From: an uncultured delta proteobacterium
GTDB lineage: Bacteria > Desulfobacterota > Desulfobacteria > Desulfobacterales > B30-G6
Direction of reading: 5' to 3'
Length of the DNA stretch: 64,000 bases
NCBI GenBank assembly: GCA_963823335.1
Contig: CAWGLD010000006.1
Coordinates: 157,595-221,594 of the forward strand
Under the pieces are notes generated by a model, which did not search any database, was not told the DNA's origin, and worked only from the letters and a program-made list of their open reading frames with translations. Position 1 is the first letter of the stretch. Every line of letters starts with the position of its first letter. Positions 9,871 to 20,010 of this stretch are shown in pieces. Both the position numbers and the translations under genes were made by a program.

Positions 9871-10745
9871 CCCTTTCCAGGTTCGAATTGTTTTCACCTC
9901 AAGATTTAAATGAGGCTGTCGCCCTGCTGAAAGAAAAAGGGAAAGACACATTTGTCATGGCCGGGGGAACCGATCTGCTGATCAAACGACGTCACCAGAT
10001 TCTCCATCCAAAAACGATTGTCAGTCTTAAGAAAATCGGTGGATTGAATCGTATTTCATTCAGTGCCAACAAAGGTCTTACCATCGGTGCGACGGCATTA
10101 TTAGGAGATGTCGCCAGGCATCCGACTATTCTTGAGATATATCCTGCTATTGCAAAAGCAGCCGCAAATACAGCAAATGTTCAAATCAGAAACATGGGCA
10201 CCCTTGTAGGAAATCTCTGCAATGCATCACCTGCGGCTGACAATGCACCCACGCTTTTGGCCATGAACGCTGAGTTGACTATTTTGGGACCCCAGGGCGA
10301 AAGAACGATCGCCCTGGAAGATTTTTTCCTAGGACCTGGTTCTACAGCTCTTCAGTCTGCTGAAATCGTTACATCTGTTTTTGTGCCCACACCACTTCCC
10401 GGATCTGGAACCACGTACCTTCACCTGTCCGCAAGGGGGCGTATCGATTGTTCTGCTGCCAGTACGGGTGTCTCTTTATCTCTGAAAGGTTCCAGGGTCG
10501 ACAATGTCAGGATTTTTGTGGGCGCCTGCGGTCCCACGCCTTTGCGAATGCCCAGAACAGAAGAACAACTGATTAATCAAAACATCACCAAAACCATAGC
10601 GGAAAAGGCCGGCCTGCAGGCTTCAAAAGAATCCAAACCCATCTCGGATGTTCGGGCCAATGAGGATTATCGCTCTAAAATGGTAGCGGTTTTGGTAAAG
10701 AGGGCCATACTGGAGGCGTATGGGCTGGCGCGGGAAAACAAATGA
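9867..10745 (+). CDS. Xanthine dehydrogenase family FAD-binding medium subunit
   Basis: AGGTDL, QIRNMGTLVGNLCNASPAAD and PISDVRA. Confidence 0.92.
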   Translation: MTLSRFELFSPQDLNEAVALLKEKGKDTFVMAGGTDLLIKRRHQILHPKTIVSLKKIGGLNRISFSANKGLTIGATALLGDVARHPTILEIYPAIAKAAANTANVQIRNMGTLVGNLCNASPAADNAPTLLAMNAELTILGPQGERTIALEDFFLGPGSTALQSAEIVTSVFVPTPLPGSGTTYLHLSARGRIDCSAASTGVSLSLKGSRVDNVRIFVGACGPTPLRMPRTEEQLINQNITKTIAEKAGLQASKESKPISDVRANEDYRSKMVAVLVKRAILEAYGLARENK

Positions 10746-10962
10746 GGGTTCGAGGGTTGGAGGGTGGCTTAAAGCTTTTGGCGATAAGCAGTGAATAAAC
10801 TGTGGCCTAAACCCTAAAATGTATAAACCGGAAAAGATAAAAATCTTTTATCACGAAAGTACGAAAACACGAAAAAGACCATAGAGGGGTTCGAAAGTGG
10901 ATTTCTACTATCAGCGAAAAACCCACTCGAACCCTCGACCCCTTGAATCCTTGAACCCTTTT
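10745..10962. repeat. Family J element (inverted GGGTTCGA / CCCTTGAA octamer arrays) with an internal CACGAAA array
   Basis: Left GAGGGTTCGAGGGTTGGAGGG; right CACTCGAACCCTCGACCCCTTGAATCCTTGAACCC; lies inside the molybdoenzyme operon. Confidence 0.75.
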
Positions 10963-11015
10963 GATTATTAAACATAGTTAGTGAATCTAAGATAAACTGA
11001 ATTAGAGGTCCCCAT

Positions 11016-13292
11016 ATGAGTAAAGCCTACACAGTAATTGGCCACGATATTCCCCGAACCGATGGTCGTGAAAAAGCCACCGGCAGCGCAGTTTATACCG
11101 ATGACATGAAATTGCCGGGCATGCTGCATGGCAAGCTTTTGAGAAGCCCGGTAGCCCACGCCCGTATTGCTCATATCGATGTGAGCAAGGCTGCTGCCCT
11201 ACCCGGTGTCAAATGTGTCATTACCGGGGAAGATACGCCTAAAATTAAATATGGCAACTGGCGTCTGTTCCCGGCGACCCAGGACGAGTACCCCCTGGCT
11301 ATCGACAAGGTACGTTTTATCGGCGATGAGGTTGCCGCTGTCGCTGCGGTTGACAAGGACATTGCAGCGGAAGCCCTTGAATTGATACGGGTGGAGTATG
11401 AGGAGCTGCCGGCTGTTTTCGATATCGAAAATTCCCTGGCCAAGGGGGCTCCGATTATTCACGAGACATCCCCCAGCAACATCAGCATCGATCGAAAAAT
11501 TCAATATGGGAGCATTCAAAAAGGCTTTGCCGAAGCCGATTATGTCAGGGAGGACGTTTTTTCCGTCCACGCTGTCAGTCCGGCCTATCTCGAACCCTGC
11601 TCCTCCCTTGCCCAGTGCGAGATCGATGGAAGAATAACTCTCTGGACATCGACCCAGGTTCCTTATATTGTCCAGTGCCTGCTCGCATCCACACTCAACA
11701 TGCGCGAAAATGACATCCGCGTTATCAAACCTGCTGTTGGCGGAGGCTTTGGCGGCAAAATGGAGTTACGTCCCTGGGAATTCTGTGCGGCGTTCATGGC
11801 CATCAAAACGGGCAAGCCGGTCAAATTTACCCTGACCCGCGAGGAAGAGCTCACAACCGGCCGCAGACGTCATCCCATGAAACTGCGCTCCAAAGTAGGC
11901 TTCAAGAAAGACGGTACCCTTCTGGCAAAAGACCTGCATATCTATCTGGATGGTGGCGCCTACAATGCCATGGGACCCACGGCGACTTTTCTGTGCGGAA
12001 ACTTCGGCGCCATGCTCTACCGCTATCCCAATTACCGGTTTGTGGGCGAACATGTGTATACCAACAAGCCACCGGCAAGTGCCATGAGAGGATTTGGTGC
12101 GCCACAATCCCTGTTCGCGGCAGAGTCCCAGATGAATATCGCCGCCCAGGAACTGGGTATCGATCCCATCGATCTGAGGATCAAGAATGCCATGGTCACC
12201 GGTGATAAAATCCCGGATGTCGCCACCGTATCGAGCTGCGGATTCATTGAATCTCTGGAAGCGGTCAGGGAAATGTCAAACTGGAAGAAAAACCGCCGTC
12301 GAAAAAAGAAGGGCTATGGCATCGGTATCGGCTGCTACAGTTTTATTTCCGGGGGCGTGTTCAACTGGTTCAACACCCAGTACCCCTTTTCAGCCGCAGA
12401 GGTCAAAGTATTTTCAGATGGTACCGCCCATCTGTTGACCATGGCTTCAGATATCGGCCAGGGTGCCAACACGGTTCTCAAACAGATCCTGGCCGAGGAG
12501 CTTGGGCTCCGGATGGAGGACATCCGTCTCACCGCGGCGGACACCGCCATGACGCCCCAGGCTGATCTGGGAACCTGGGGTAGTCGGGTCACACTTATGG
12601 CGGGCAATGCCATCCTGCAGGCCGCCCGTCAGATAAAAGACGAAATTTTCGGTGCCGTCTCGGCCCGTTTTAACCTGAATGTCATTTTCGACATGGTGTG
12701 CAAAGATGGCCAGGTGTATGCCGAAGGAAAACCCGACCGGGGAATGTCCTTTGGTGAAGCCGTTGCCATGGTCCAAAAAGCCAATCGAGGGGAGCCGCTC
12801 ATTGCCAGAGGATATTACACACCACGTGGCAAAGGTCTGGTAACGCCCGCTTTCAGTTTTGGTGCACAGGTCGCCGAAGTTGCGGTGGACACGGAAACCG
12901 GTATCGTCAAGGTCGAAAAAATGTATACCGCCCACGACTGCGGAACCGTCATCAACCCCATGGCTGTCGAAGGACAACTGGAGGGCTCTATTCACATGGG
13001 TCTCGGGTATGCATTGTCGGAGGAATTGATTGTGGAGCAAGGCCGCACCCTCAACAACACCTTTCTCGATTATAAAATGCCCACGGCCCTGGATATGCCA
13101 CCCGGTGAATCCGTCTGCATCGAAACCTACGAACCCGAAGGTCCCATGGGTGCCAAAGAAGCCGGTGAAGGCCTGGCCTCCCCCACGGCCCCGGCCATCG
13201 CTGAAGCTGTCTATCATGCCACCGGGTATCGCTGTATGGATCTTCCCATTACAGCGGATAAGGTGCTGAAGGGGCAGAAAAAAAGGGTTTGA
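11016..13292 (+). CDS. Xanthine dehydrogenase family molybdopterin-binding large subunit (4-hydroxybenzoyl-CoA reductase alpha-like)
   Basis: GGGFGGK, AMRGFG, DIGQG, GTWGSR, VEGQLEG and AKEAGE motifs. Confidence 0.9.
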   Translation: MSKAYTVIGHDIPRTDGREKATGSAVYTDDMKLPGMLHGKLLRSPVAHARIAHIDVSKAAALPGVKCVITGEDTPKIKYGNWRLFPATQDEYPLAIDKVRFIGDEVAAVAAVDKDIAAEALELIRVEYEELPAVFDIENSLAKGAPIIHETSPSNISIDRKIQYGSIQKGFAEADYVREDVFSVHAVSPAYLEPCSSLAQCEIDGRITLWTSTQVPYIVQCLLASTLNMRENDIRVIKPAVGGGFGGKMELRPWEFCAAFMAIKTGKPVKFTLTREEELTTGRRRHPMKLRSKVGFKKDGTLLAKDLHIYLDGGAYNAMGPTATFLCGNFGAMLYRYPNYRFVGEHVYTNKPPASAMRGFGAPQSLFAAESQMNIAAQELGIDPIDLRIKNAMVTGDKIPDVATVSSCGFIESLEAVREMSNWKKNRRRKKKGYGIGIGCYSFISGGVFNWFNTQYPFSAAEVKVFSDGTAHLLTMASDIGQGANTVLKQILAEELGLRMEDIRLTAADTAMTPQADLGTWGSRVTLMAGNAILQAARQIKDEIFGAVSARFNLNVIFDMVCKDGQVYAEGKPDRGMSFGEAVAMVQKANRGEPLIARGYYTPRGKGLVTPAFSFGAQVAEVAVDTETGIVKVEKMYTAHDCGTVINPMAVEGQLEGSIHMGLGYALSEELIVEQGRTLNNTFLDYKMPTALDMPPGESVCIETYEPEGPMGAKEAGEGLASPTAPAIAEAVYHATGYRCMDLPITADKVLKGQKKRV

Positions 13293-13403
13293 GGGGCTGA
13301 GGTTTGGAGGGTTGAAGGGTGACTGAAAGCTATCAGCGGTAAGCACCTGACAGCCTACAGTCTATTCCAATTTAAAACTCAAAATTAAAAATTAAAAATT
13401 GAA
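13285..13403. repeat. Composite intergenic repeats (family J octamers, family A motif, AAAATTA heptamers of family M)
   Basis: GGGTTTGA-GGGGCTGA-GGTTTGGA-GGGTTGAA, then AAAGCTATCAGC, then AAAACTCAAAATTAAAAATTAAAAATT; the first unit supplies the TGA stop at 13290-13292. Confidence 0.7.
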
Positions 13404-13408
13404 CTTTC

Positions 13409-14185
13409 ATGCATACAGACAACGTCATCCAACACATCGTAAAAGAGTTGAACGCCTATTGTGACAAAGCAGGGTTAAAGGGATTTGTGGTCGGGGTTTC
13501 CGGCGGGATCGACTCTGCCGTCACATCCACACTCAGCGCCAAAACAGGCAGGAAAACCATTGCCCTCAACATGCCTATCCTTCAGGCAAAAAGCCAGGAC
13601 TCGCTTTCATCCAGTCATATTGCCTGGCTTGAAAAAGCTTACCCGAACGTACAGGGAATCCGCGTCGATCTTTCCGAGGCGTTCCTGACTCTATGCAGGA
13701 CCCTCCCCTCCGATATCCAGGATGAACTCAGCATGGCCAACACGCGTTCACGACTGCGCATGCTGACCCTGTATGCCTATGCAACCCACTACCGGTTTTT
13801 GGTAGTGGGCACCGGCAACAAGGTTGAAGATTTCGGGGTGGGGTTTTTTACAAAATACGGCGACGGTGGCGTGGACATTTCACCTATTGCAGATCTTTTA
13901 AAATCAGAGGTCTTTTTACTAGGTCAAACCCTTGGTGTCATCGAGGACATCATTCATGCCGCTCCCACGGACGGCCTATGGGAAGACAACCGGACCGATG
14001 AAAGCCAGATCGGTGCGAGCTATGCCGAACTGGAATGGGCCATGGCAGCGGCGACCCAGGAGAATACGGACAGCTTCACAGCACGTCAAAAAGAAGTGCT
14101 GTCGATTTATCGCCGTTTTCACGCCCGGAACCGGCATAAAATGGATCCGATACCGGTGATAAAGATACCGGAGAAATTTCGCTGA
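13409..14185 (+). CDS. nadE: NH3-dependent NAD+ synthetase
   Basis: GVSGGIDSA, NTRSRLRM, GTGNKVE, TKYGDG and PTDGLW...DE. Confidence 0.95.
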   Translation: MHTDNVIQHIVKELNAYCDKAGLKGFVVGVSGGIDSAVTSTLSAKTGRKTIALNMPILQAKSQDSLSSSHIAWLEKAYPNVQGIRVDLSEAFLTLCRTLPSDIQDELSMANTRSRLRMLTLYAYATHYRFLVVGTGNKVEDFGVGFFTKYGDGGVDISPIADLLKSEVFLLGQTLGVIEDIIHAAPTDGLWEDNRTDESQIGASYAELEWAMAAATQENTDSFTARQKEVLSIYRRFHARNRHKMDPIPVIKIPEKFR

Positions 14186-14230
14186 AGTGAAGTTCAATTG
14201 AGAGAGTGCTTATGGTTAACCGTTTTTTAT

Positions 14231-14512
14231 TTTCGCCACAGACTCACACAGACAATCTTCGGCCGACATAGCCGAAGATCAATCTCAATGCCCTTCGGGC
14301 ATTAAATTTTTGCTTATTTTATCAAAAACCGCTTCGCAACTTATTTGAGTAAATCTAATTTATGTAAATTTTTTTTGAAAATAAGAGATCATACCTCGCG
14401 ATAGCCATAATTGGTTATCTTCGATCAAGTCGATCGAAGATAAAAATAAAATGTCTGTGATTGTCTGCGTACCCCTCAAGGGGGTATTAAACAGAATGTG
14501 TCTGCGGCTACA
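14231..14512. mobile_element. MITE-like structured element (family D), copy 1
   Basis: GCCACAGACTCACACAGAC...GTGTCTGCGGC termini; hairpins with loops CGACATA and CAAGTCG; internal TGCCC-ttc-GGGCA. Confidence 0.8.
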
Positions 14513-14536
14513 TAAAAAGGATCTACACCGTTCACG

Positions 14537-14622
14537 AAACACCAAATACAAAACACCAAACACTAGACCCAACGAACGCAACAAACCCAACAAACTCAAT
14601 GAACGCAACAAACCCAATAAAC
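14537..14622 (+). repeat. AAACACC heptamers followed by AACCCAAC(A/G)/AACTCAATG nonamers (family I)
   Basis: AAACACCAAATACAAAACACCAAACACT then ACCCAACGAACGCAACAAACCCAACAAACTCAATGAACGCAACAAACCCAATAAAC, running into the GNAT start. Confidence 0.8.
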
Positions 14623-15096
14623 ATAACTGGCTATACCCCCGGCGCCATCGGTCGTATAACCGAACTTCATGGCAGGTATTACAATCAATCGTGGGGGTTT
14701 GGACCGTTCTTCGAGGCCAAAGTGGCCACCGAGTTATCCGAATTCATCGGCCGATTCGATGACCAGAAGGATGGCTTCTGGACGGCCTGCCTCGACAACC
14801 GCGTTCAGGGTTCAATTGTCATTGATGCTAAAAACGCCGATTCAGAAGGAGTCCATTTACGATGGTATATCGTTTCAGAAAGTCTTCACGGTCAAGGCAT
14901 CGGTGGTCTTCTTCTATCAGTGGCCATGCACTTTTGCCGTGAGCGGCACTATAAACAGGTGTTTCTCTGGACATTCAAGGGTCTCGATCCTGCCAGACAT
15001 CTGTATGATAAAAATGGGTTCAAGTTGGTACATGAGCAACAAGGATCTCAGTGGGGCACAACCGTCAAAGAACAGAAATATATCTGTGAGCTCTGA
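14599..15096 (+). CDS. GNAT family N-acetyltransferase
   Basis: HLRWYIV..HGQGIG acetyl-CoA motif and LWTFKGLDPARHLY. Confidence 0.88.
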   Translation: MNATNPINITGYTPGAIGRITELHGRYYNQSWGFGPFFEAKVATELSEFIGRFDDQKDGFWTACLDNRVQGSIVIDAKNADSEGVHLRWYIVSESLHGQGIGGLLLSVAMHFCRERHYKQVFLWTFKGLDPARHLYDKNGFKLVHEQQGSQWGTTVKEQKYICEL

Positions 15097-15181
15097 GCCT
15101 GACGGATCATCGCCCAATTTTAATTTATTTGGCTTATAGCTCCGTATTAAAAACTCAAAACTAAAAATTAAGAATTAAAAA

Positions 15182-15796
15182 TTGATCTTCTTAAAAGGTT
15201 TCATCATCGGCATATCCATCGCGGCGCCCGTCGGTCCCATCGGTGTGCTCTGCATTCAACGAACCATCAGCCATGGCAAGTTGAGCGGTCTGGCAACGGG
15301 TCTCGGTGCTGCCAGTGCAGATGCCGTATACGGTTTTGTGGCTGCCTTCGGTTTGACATTTATTTCCAACTTTCTTGTTGCCCAGCAAACCTGGTTCCGT
15401 CTTATCGGCGGCGGATTCCTCATCTATTTGGGCGTGCGGGCCTATTTTTCAAACCTGGACAATAGAACAGTAAACACAAACAACCCGAGCCTTGCCGGCG
15501 CTTACGGCACCACGTTTCTGCTGACCCTTTCCAATCCCATGACCATCCTCTCATTTGCAGCAATTTTTTCCGGTTTCGGTCTCGTGGATGCATCAATTCA
15601 TTATGGTTCGGCAGCACTGATGGTTATCGGTGTCTTTTGGGGATCCGCCTCCTGGTGGCTTTTCCTCTCCAGCGGCACCAACCTTTTACGTGGGAGACTG
15701 AATCAGAGACTGGTATGGGTCAACAAGTTATCCGGGATTGTCATTGCCGTCTTTGGTGTTGTAGCGATTGGCAGTCTATTGATAACAAGATACTAG
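15182..15796 (+). CDS. LysE/RhtB family translocator
   Basis: AAPVGPIGVLCI, GAASAD and LTLSNPMTI; six hydrophobic segments. TTG start is uncertain because a family M repeat precedes it. Confidence 0.88.
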   Translation: MIFLKGFIIGISIAAPVGPIGVLCIQRTISHGKLSGLATGLGAASADAVYGFVAAFGLTFISNFLVAQQTWFRLIGGGFLIYLGVRAYFSNLDNRTVNTNNPSLAGAYGTTFLLTLSNPMTILSFAAIFSGFGLVDASIHYGSAALMVIGVFWGSASWWLFLSSGTNLLRGRLNQRLVWVNKLSGIVIAVFGVVAIGSLLITRY

Positions 15797-15824
15797 ATTT
15801 CGGCCATGTTTTGAAATAAAAGCA

Positions 15825-15904
15825 ATCACGAAAACACGAAAATTTAAAAACACGAAAATCTTCATGGTCTATTTCGTGGTTTCGTACTTTCGTGATTTCG
15901 TGAT
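15825..15904. repeat. Palindromic CACGAAA(A) octamer element (family L)
   Basis: ATCACGAAAACACGAAAA...CACGAAAA / TTTCGTGGTTTCGTACTTTCGTGATTTCGTGAT. Confidence 0.8.
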
Positions 15905-15950
15905 AAATGATCTTTTTCTTTTCTCGTTTATCCAAACTGGAAAGTAAAAA

Positions 15951-16649
15951 ATGCATTTTCAGAAATTTATGCAGGGGATCTTGCGGTTTTTTCGTGGCTG
16001 GGGATTTTCCATCGTTGCGGCTGTTCTGATTGCCACGTCTTTCAAATCCGCCATTGCCGATTGGAACGATGTCCCGACAGGTTCCATGAAACCGACCATA
16101 CTCGTGGGAGACAGGGTCTTTATCAACAAACTGTCGTACGGTCTCAAAATCCCATACACAACCTGGCATGTCACCCGTTGGGGATCCCCCGCGCATGGCG
16201 ATATCGTTGTCTTCTATTCTCCCGCAGACGGCAAACGTCTGATCAAGCGAGTGATCGGCCTACCCGGGGATGAAATAGCTCTGCGCAACAACAAACTGAC
16301 TATCAATGGGAAAGCACTCGATTACAAAATAATTGACAAAACATCCCCCGGTCCCACAAACACAATAACGGAAGATGACTACGTCTACCTGCTTGAGGAT
16401 CTTTTAGGTAAGCGTCATTCCATCATGATATCAGATACTGGAACTCCTTTCGATTCTTTTGATCCTGTTATAGTACCAGAAGGCAGGATTTTTTTAATGG
16501 GAGATAACCGGGATAATTCAGCCGATTCCCGGTTTTTTGGTTTTGTCGAATTAAACCAGGTGCTGGGACATGCAACTAACATTGTTCTCAGTCGTGATGG
16601 ATCGTTCCTGAATCCGAGATGGGAGCGGTTCTTCAAAAAGCTTTTATAG
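15951..16649 (+). CDS. lepB: Signal peptidase I
   Basis: VPTGSMKPT (catalytic Ser), LIKRVIGLPGD (catalytic Lys) and MGDNRDNSADSR. Confidence 0.95.
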   Translation: MHFQKFMQGILRFFRGWGFSIVAAVLIATSFKSAIADWNDVPTGSMKPTILVGDRVFINKLSYGLKIPYTTWHVTRWGSPAHGDIVVFYSPADGKRLIKRVIGLPGDEIALRNNKLTINGKALDYKIIDKTSPGPTNTITEDDYVYLLEDLLGKRHSIMISDTGTPFDSFDPVIVPEGRIFLMGDNRDNSADSRFFGFVELNQVLGHATNIVLSRDGSFLNPRWERFFKKLL

Positions 16650-16785
16650 TTTTCAACGCAGTGTTGATAGCGCACGATTGTAAGGCTGGAATGATGGTGG
16701 TGAGAGATTAAAATATGCATGGTGTCTGAGTTTAACGATATATAGATCTCCTATGAGTCTCTACGCTGAAATATAAGGAGTTAAC

Positions 16786-17451
16786 ATGGAATTACGAGAA
16801 GCCATCCTGAATCGACGCAGTGTCCGAAAATTTTTAAAGAAAGATGTTCCTGAGGAACTGATCAAGGAGGTTCTGATGGATTCCCAGTGGGCGCCGTCCT
16901 GGGGAAACACACAACCATGGGAGGTCATGGTCATCACAGGGGCCCCTCTGGAAGAATTCAAACAGAAAAACAAAGAGGCTCTCTTCAGCGGTATAAAGCC
17001 GAAGCCTGAAATTCAGATGCCGGAAGTTTTTCCTTCCCGTTTAAAACATCGCTATGTCGATGTAGGCAAGAGAGTTCTGAAATCTCTTTCCATCGACCGG
17101 GAAGATCTCGACGCTCGACTCAAGTATTATGGTGATATGTTTTATCTCTTCGATGCGCCTGTCTTGGTCCTGTTTCTACTGAGAAAGGATGTTTTGCTGG
17201 AATATGCAATGTTGGATGTTGGTTTATACCTTCAGACATTGCTGCTGTCAGCCCATGACAAGGCGCTCGGTGGTATCGTGTTGGCGGCATCGGTCAACTA
17301 TCCGGACATCCTCCGTTCCCTCTTCCCCATCGATGCAGAAAAAACCATTGTTATGGGAACCGCTCTCGGCTGGCCGGACCACAAGGCGCCGGTGAATTGT
17401 TTTGAACGACAACGGGCCAGCCTGGACGATACGGTTACCTGGATCAAATGA
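16786..17451 (+). CDS. Nitroreductase family protein
   Basis: RRSVRKF and WAPSWGNTQPW; AAGGAG RBS. Confidence 0.92.
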   Translation: MELREAILNRRSVRKFLKKDVPEELIKEVLMDSQWAPSWGNTQPWEVMVITGAPLEEFKQKNKEALFSGIKPKPEIQMPEVFPSRLKHRYVDVGKRVLKSLSIDREDLDARLKYYGDMFYLFDAPVLVLFLLRKDVLLEYAMLDVGLYLQTLLLSAHDKALGGIVLAASVNYPDILRSLFPIDAEKTIVMGTALGWPDHKAPVNCFERQRASLDDTVTWIK

Positions 17452-17677
17452 ATAGAATCCTTTGAAAATATTTCTAAAATCATCATTCTTGAAATTTGAA
17501 ACACTCACTTTAGATCTTGACAATTTCACCCTATCCTCTTAATGTTATTTTTAATTTAAACCCTGCCATATTCTATGAATGCTTTTTATTTCGGGCAAGC
17601 TACCATACGGTACTGCTTTGGGTCGTTTGCCTAATGTCAGAACGAATTGTTTTAATTTTTTAACCAAGGAGGGGATC

Positions 17678-18871
17678 ATGCTTTCAAGAAGTTTTATAGT
17701 GTTCGTCTTGGCGTCTTTTCTTCTTATGCCCTGCACTGTTTTTGCCAACGACCCTGGGATTACCGACGATGAAATCGTTCTCGGCGTGACACAACCGTTG
17801 ACGGGCCCGGCTGCCGGATGGGGTGTTGCCATTACCGGTGGTATGCAGGCATGGGCAGACCACATCAACAACCAGGGGGGTATCCATGGCCGCAAAATCA
17901 AACTCATCATTAAGGACGACGGCTACAACCCGGCCAGAGCGATGGCAAACCTGCAGGAAATGAAAGACAAAATATTTGCAGTCGTGGCCCAGCTGGGCTC
18001 CGCCCCCTGCAACGCCGCAAAAGACTTTTATCCTGAAAACAAGATACCCTTGATAACCGCTTACGGAAGCCTGGGTATATATCAACACCAGCCCAAGGAA
18101 GCCCAGAAATACTACTTTATCTCCTACCCGGATTACGGAGACGAAACCGAATTTATGGCCACGTATGCCATAAAGAATCTCGGGGCCAAAAAAATTGCCC
18201 ATTTCTACCAAAACGACGAATATGGCTTGGGAGCCAATGCCGGTATTAAAAAAGCACTGAAAGCCAACCCCGGTGCGGCGACACTGGTGGCGGAAATTCC
18301 CTATGAAGTCACCGAAAGAGCTTTGGGGACCCACGCGCTCAAACTGAAAGAATCCGGGGCAGATCTACTCATCATGACAACCATGATGTCGAGTGGCGCC
18401 ATTATGACCAAAGAACTCGCAAAAATTGCCTATCACCCCACAGTCATGGGAAACTTCCCCATTGGCATGCCCGTCATGTATAAAATTGCCGGCGAAACAT
18501 GGGAAGGCACCTACACCAATGCGTCTGCTCACATGGGTCTGCCGGGTTTTCATCCCCCTGCAGACAGAGTTGCCGATATCATCAACGAGATCAATCCAAA
18601 ACTCAAAGGGCAGGAAGTTCTCGCTCTGTTTGGCGCTGCCTCGATGATGCACTTTGCCGAAGGAGCTAAAAACGCCGGCCGAAACCTTACAAGGGAATCC
18701 TTGATCAAGGGAATGGAAATGATCAAAGACTGGAAACCGGAAGGAATGGGGGCACCGGTTACATACGGACCCGATCGGCATAACGGTGTCAATGCCATCT
18801 ACCTCCAGATTGCCAAAGACGGCCAACACGTGCCCGTTGGAGACTACGTTGTCTTTCCGCCAAAATTTTAA
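17678..18871 (+). CDS. Liv-type ABC transporter substrate-binding protein
   Basis: AAGGAGG RBS before ATG 17678; signal peptide; PLTGPAA, GGIHGRKI and DDGYNP. Confidence 0.9.
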   Translation: MLSRSFIVFVLASFLLMPCTVFANDPGITDDEIVLGVTQPLTGPAAGWGVAITGGMQAWADHINNQGGIHGRKIKLIIKDDGYNPARAMANLQEMKDKIFAVVAQLGSAPCNAAKDFYPENKIPLITAYGSLGIYQHQPKEAQKYYFISYPDYGDETEFMATYAIKNLGAKKIAHFYQNDEYGLGANAGIKKALKANPGAATLVAEIPYEVTERALGTHALKLKESGADLLIMTTMMSSGAIMTKELAKIAYHPTVMGNFPIGMPVMYKIAGETWEGTYTNASAHMGLPGFHPPADRVADIINEINPKLKGQEVLALFGAASMMHFAEGAKNAGRNLTRESLIKGMEMIKDWKPEGMGAPVTYGPDRHNGVNAIYLQIAKDGQHVPVGDYVVFPPKF

Positions 18872-18880
18872 TCTCGTACG

Positions 18881-18963
18881 GGTTAATTCCCCGCAGCTTG
18901 CTGCGATAAGATTGGTATAATCTATTTTTAGCTACCTCGTGGCTTGCCGCGAGGTAGTTCATT
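18881..18963. repeat. Paired GCAGCTTGCTGC-type hairpins (family K, resembling IS200/IS605 or REP ends)
   Basis: CCCCGCAGCTTGCTGCG...TACCTCGTGGCTTGCCGCGAGGTAGTTCATT; a related CCTCGTAGCTTGCTGCGAGG lies near 27440-27460. Confidence 0.6.
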
Positions 18964-19008
18964 CCTTGACTTTTCGGATCTTTGGAACCTGTTTGAAGTC
19001 ACTTCTAT

Positions 19009-19764
19009 ATGTCTTTACTGAACATACATAATCTCAGCATCAGTTTCGGCGGCATCCAGGCCTTGTCGAACATCGATATCTCAGTCGAACCCGAGCAGAT
19101 CATGGCCGTCATCGGCCCCAACGGTTCAGGAAAAACTACGCTTTTCAACTGCATCTCGGGGTCCTATCGCCCACAGGAAGGTACGATAAATTTCAATGGC
19201 GAAAGTCTCTTGGGGCTGTCTCCGGACAAGGTCGCACGAAGAGGTATCGCACGCACTTTCCAGAACCTGAGACTGTTCCTGCACATGACGGTCCTCGACA
19301 ACCTCCTCCTGGGAAGGCATGTCAAGTTCAAAAAGAACCCGTTTCATGCCGTTTTTAGAATCCGTCGGGAAGAGATGAAACACCGGCAGAAAGTCGAAGA
19401 ACTCATCGATTTTCTGCAACTCGAAGCCTACCGTGCAGTGAGAATTTCCGACTGTCCCTATGGGGTGCAAAAAAGAGCGGAAATCGGTCGTGCGCTTGCA
19501 ACGGAACCCCGGATGCTGATGCTGGACGAACCGATCTCCGGACTGACCGCAGAAGAAAAGCAGGAAACCGCATATTTGATCAATGAAATCCGGGGACGCT
19601 TCAAACCAACTATATTGCTGGTGGAACATGATTTGAGGCTGGCTTCGTCCCTGTCCGACCGAATGGTGGCGCTCGACACCGGTATTAAAATAGCCGAAGG
19701 TACCCCTGAAGAAGTCCAGCGAAATTCCGCGGTCATCAAGGCATATCTGGGAGATGACGACTGA
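19009..19764 (+). CDS. Liv-type ABC transporter ATP-binding protein (LivG-like)
   Basis: GPNGSGKT, ARTFQN, LDEP, VEHD and AYLG. Confidence 0.92.
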   Translation: MSLLNIHNLSISFGGIQALSNIDISVEPEQIMAVIGPNGSGKTTLFNCISGSYRPQEGTINFNGESLLGLSPDKVARRGIARTFQNLRLFLHMTVLDNLLLGRHVKFKKNPFHAVFRIRREEMKHRQKVEELIDFLQLEAYRAVRISDCPYGVQKRAEIGRALATEPRMLMLDEPISGLTAEEKQETAYLINEIRGRFKPTILLVEHDLRLASSLSDRMVALDTGIKIAEGTPEEVQRNSAVIKAYLGDDD

Positions 19765-19771
19765 GAAAGAG

Positions 19772-20010
19772 CAATTTTGAATTATGAATTTTGATTATGA
19801 ATTAGATAGCTGATGACTGATAGCTCATAGGTTATAGGCAAGCGCTAGCATGCTGGATGCATTGTCAAAAACTCATCGTCGATCAAGTCGATCGATGATT
19901 GTCAGTGTGTGTCTGTGGCTAAATAAAAAAGATTTACACCTTTAGCGAAACACCAAACACTAAACACAAAATACCAAACACAAATTACACAATGAACCCA
20001 ACAAACACAC
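19772..20010. repeat. Composite intergenic repeats: family M, family A, right half of family D (19874-19922), AAACACC heptamers, family I start
   Basis: AATTTTGAATTATGAATTTTG; GATAGCTGATGACTGATAGCTCATAG; CATCGTCGAT-CAAGTCG-ATCGATG..GTGTGTGTCTGTGGCTAAATAAAAAAGAT; the right part mirrors the order seen at 14417-14622. Confidence 0.75.

Noticed and set aside
9373-13292. Assigning hcrCBA or xdh gene symbols
   Set aside because: The family is clear, but the substrate cannot be determined and the HcrB Fe-S insert is absent.
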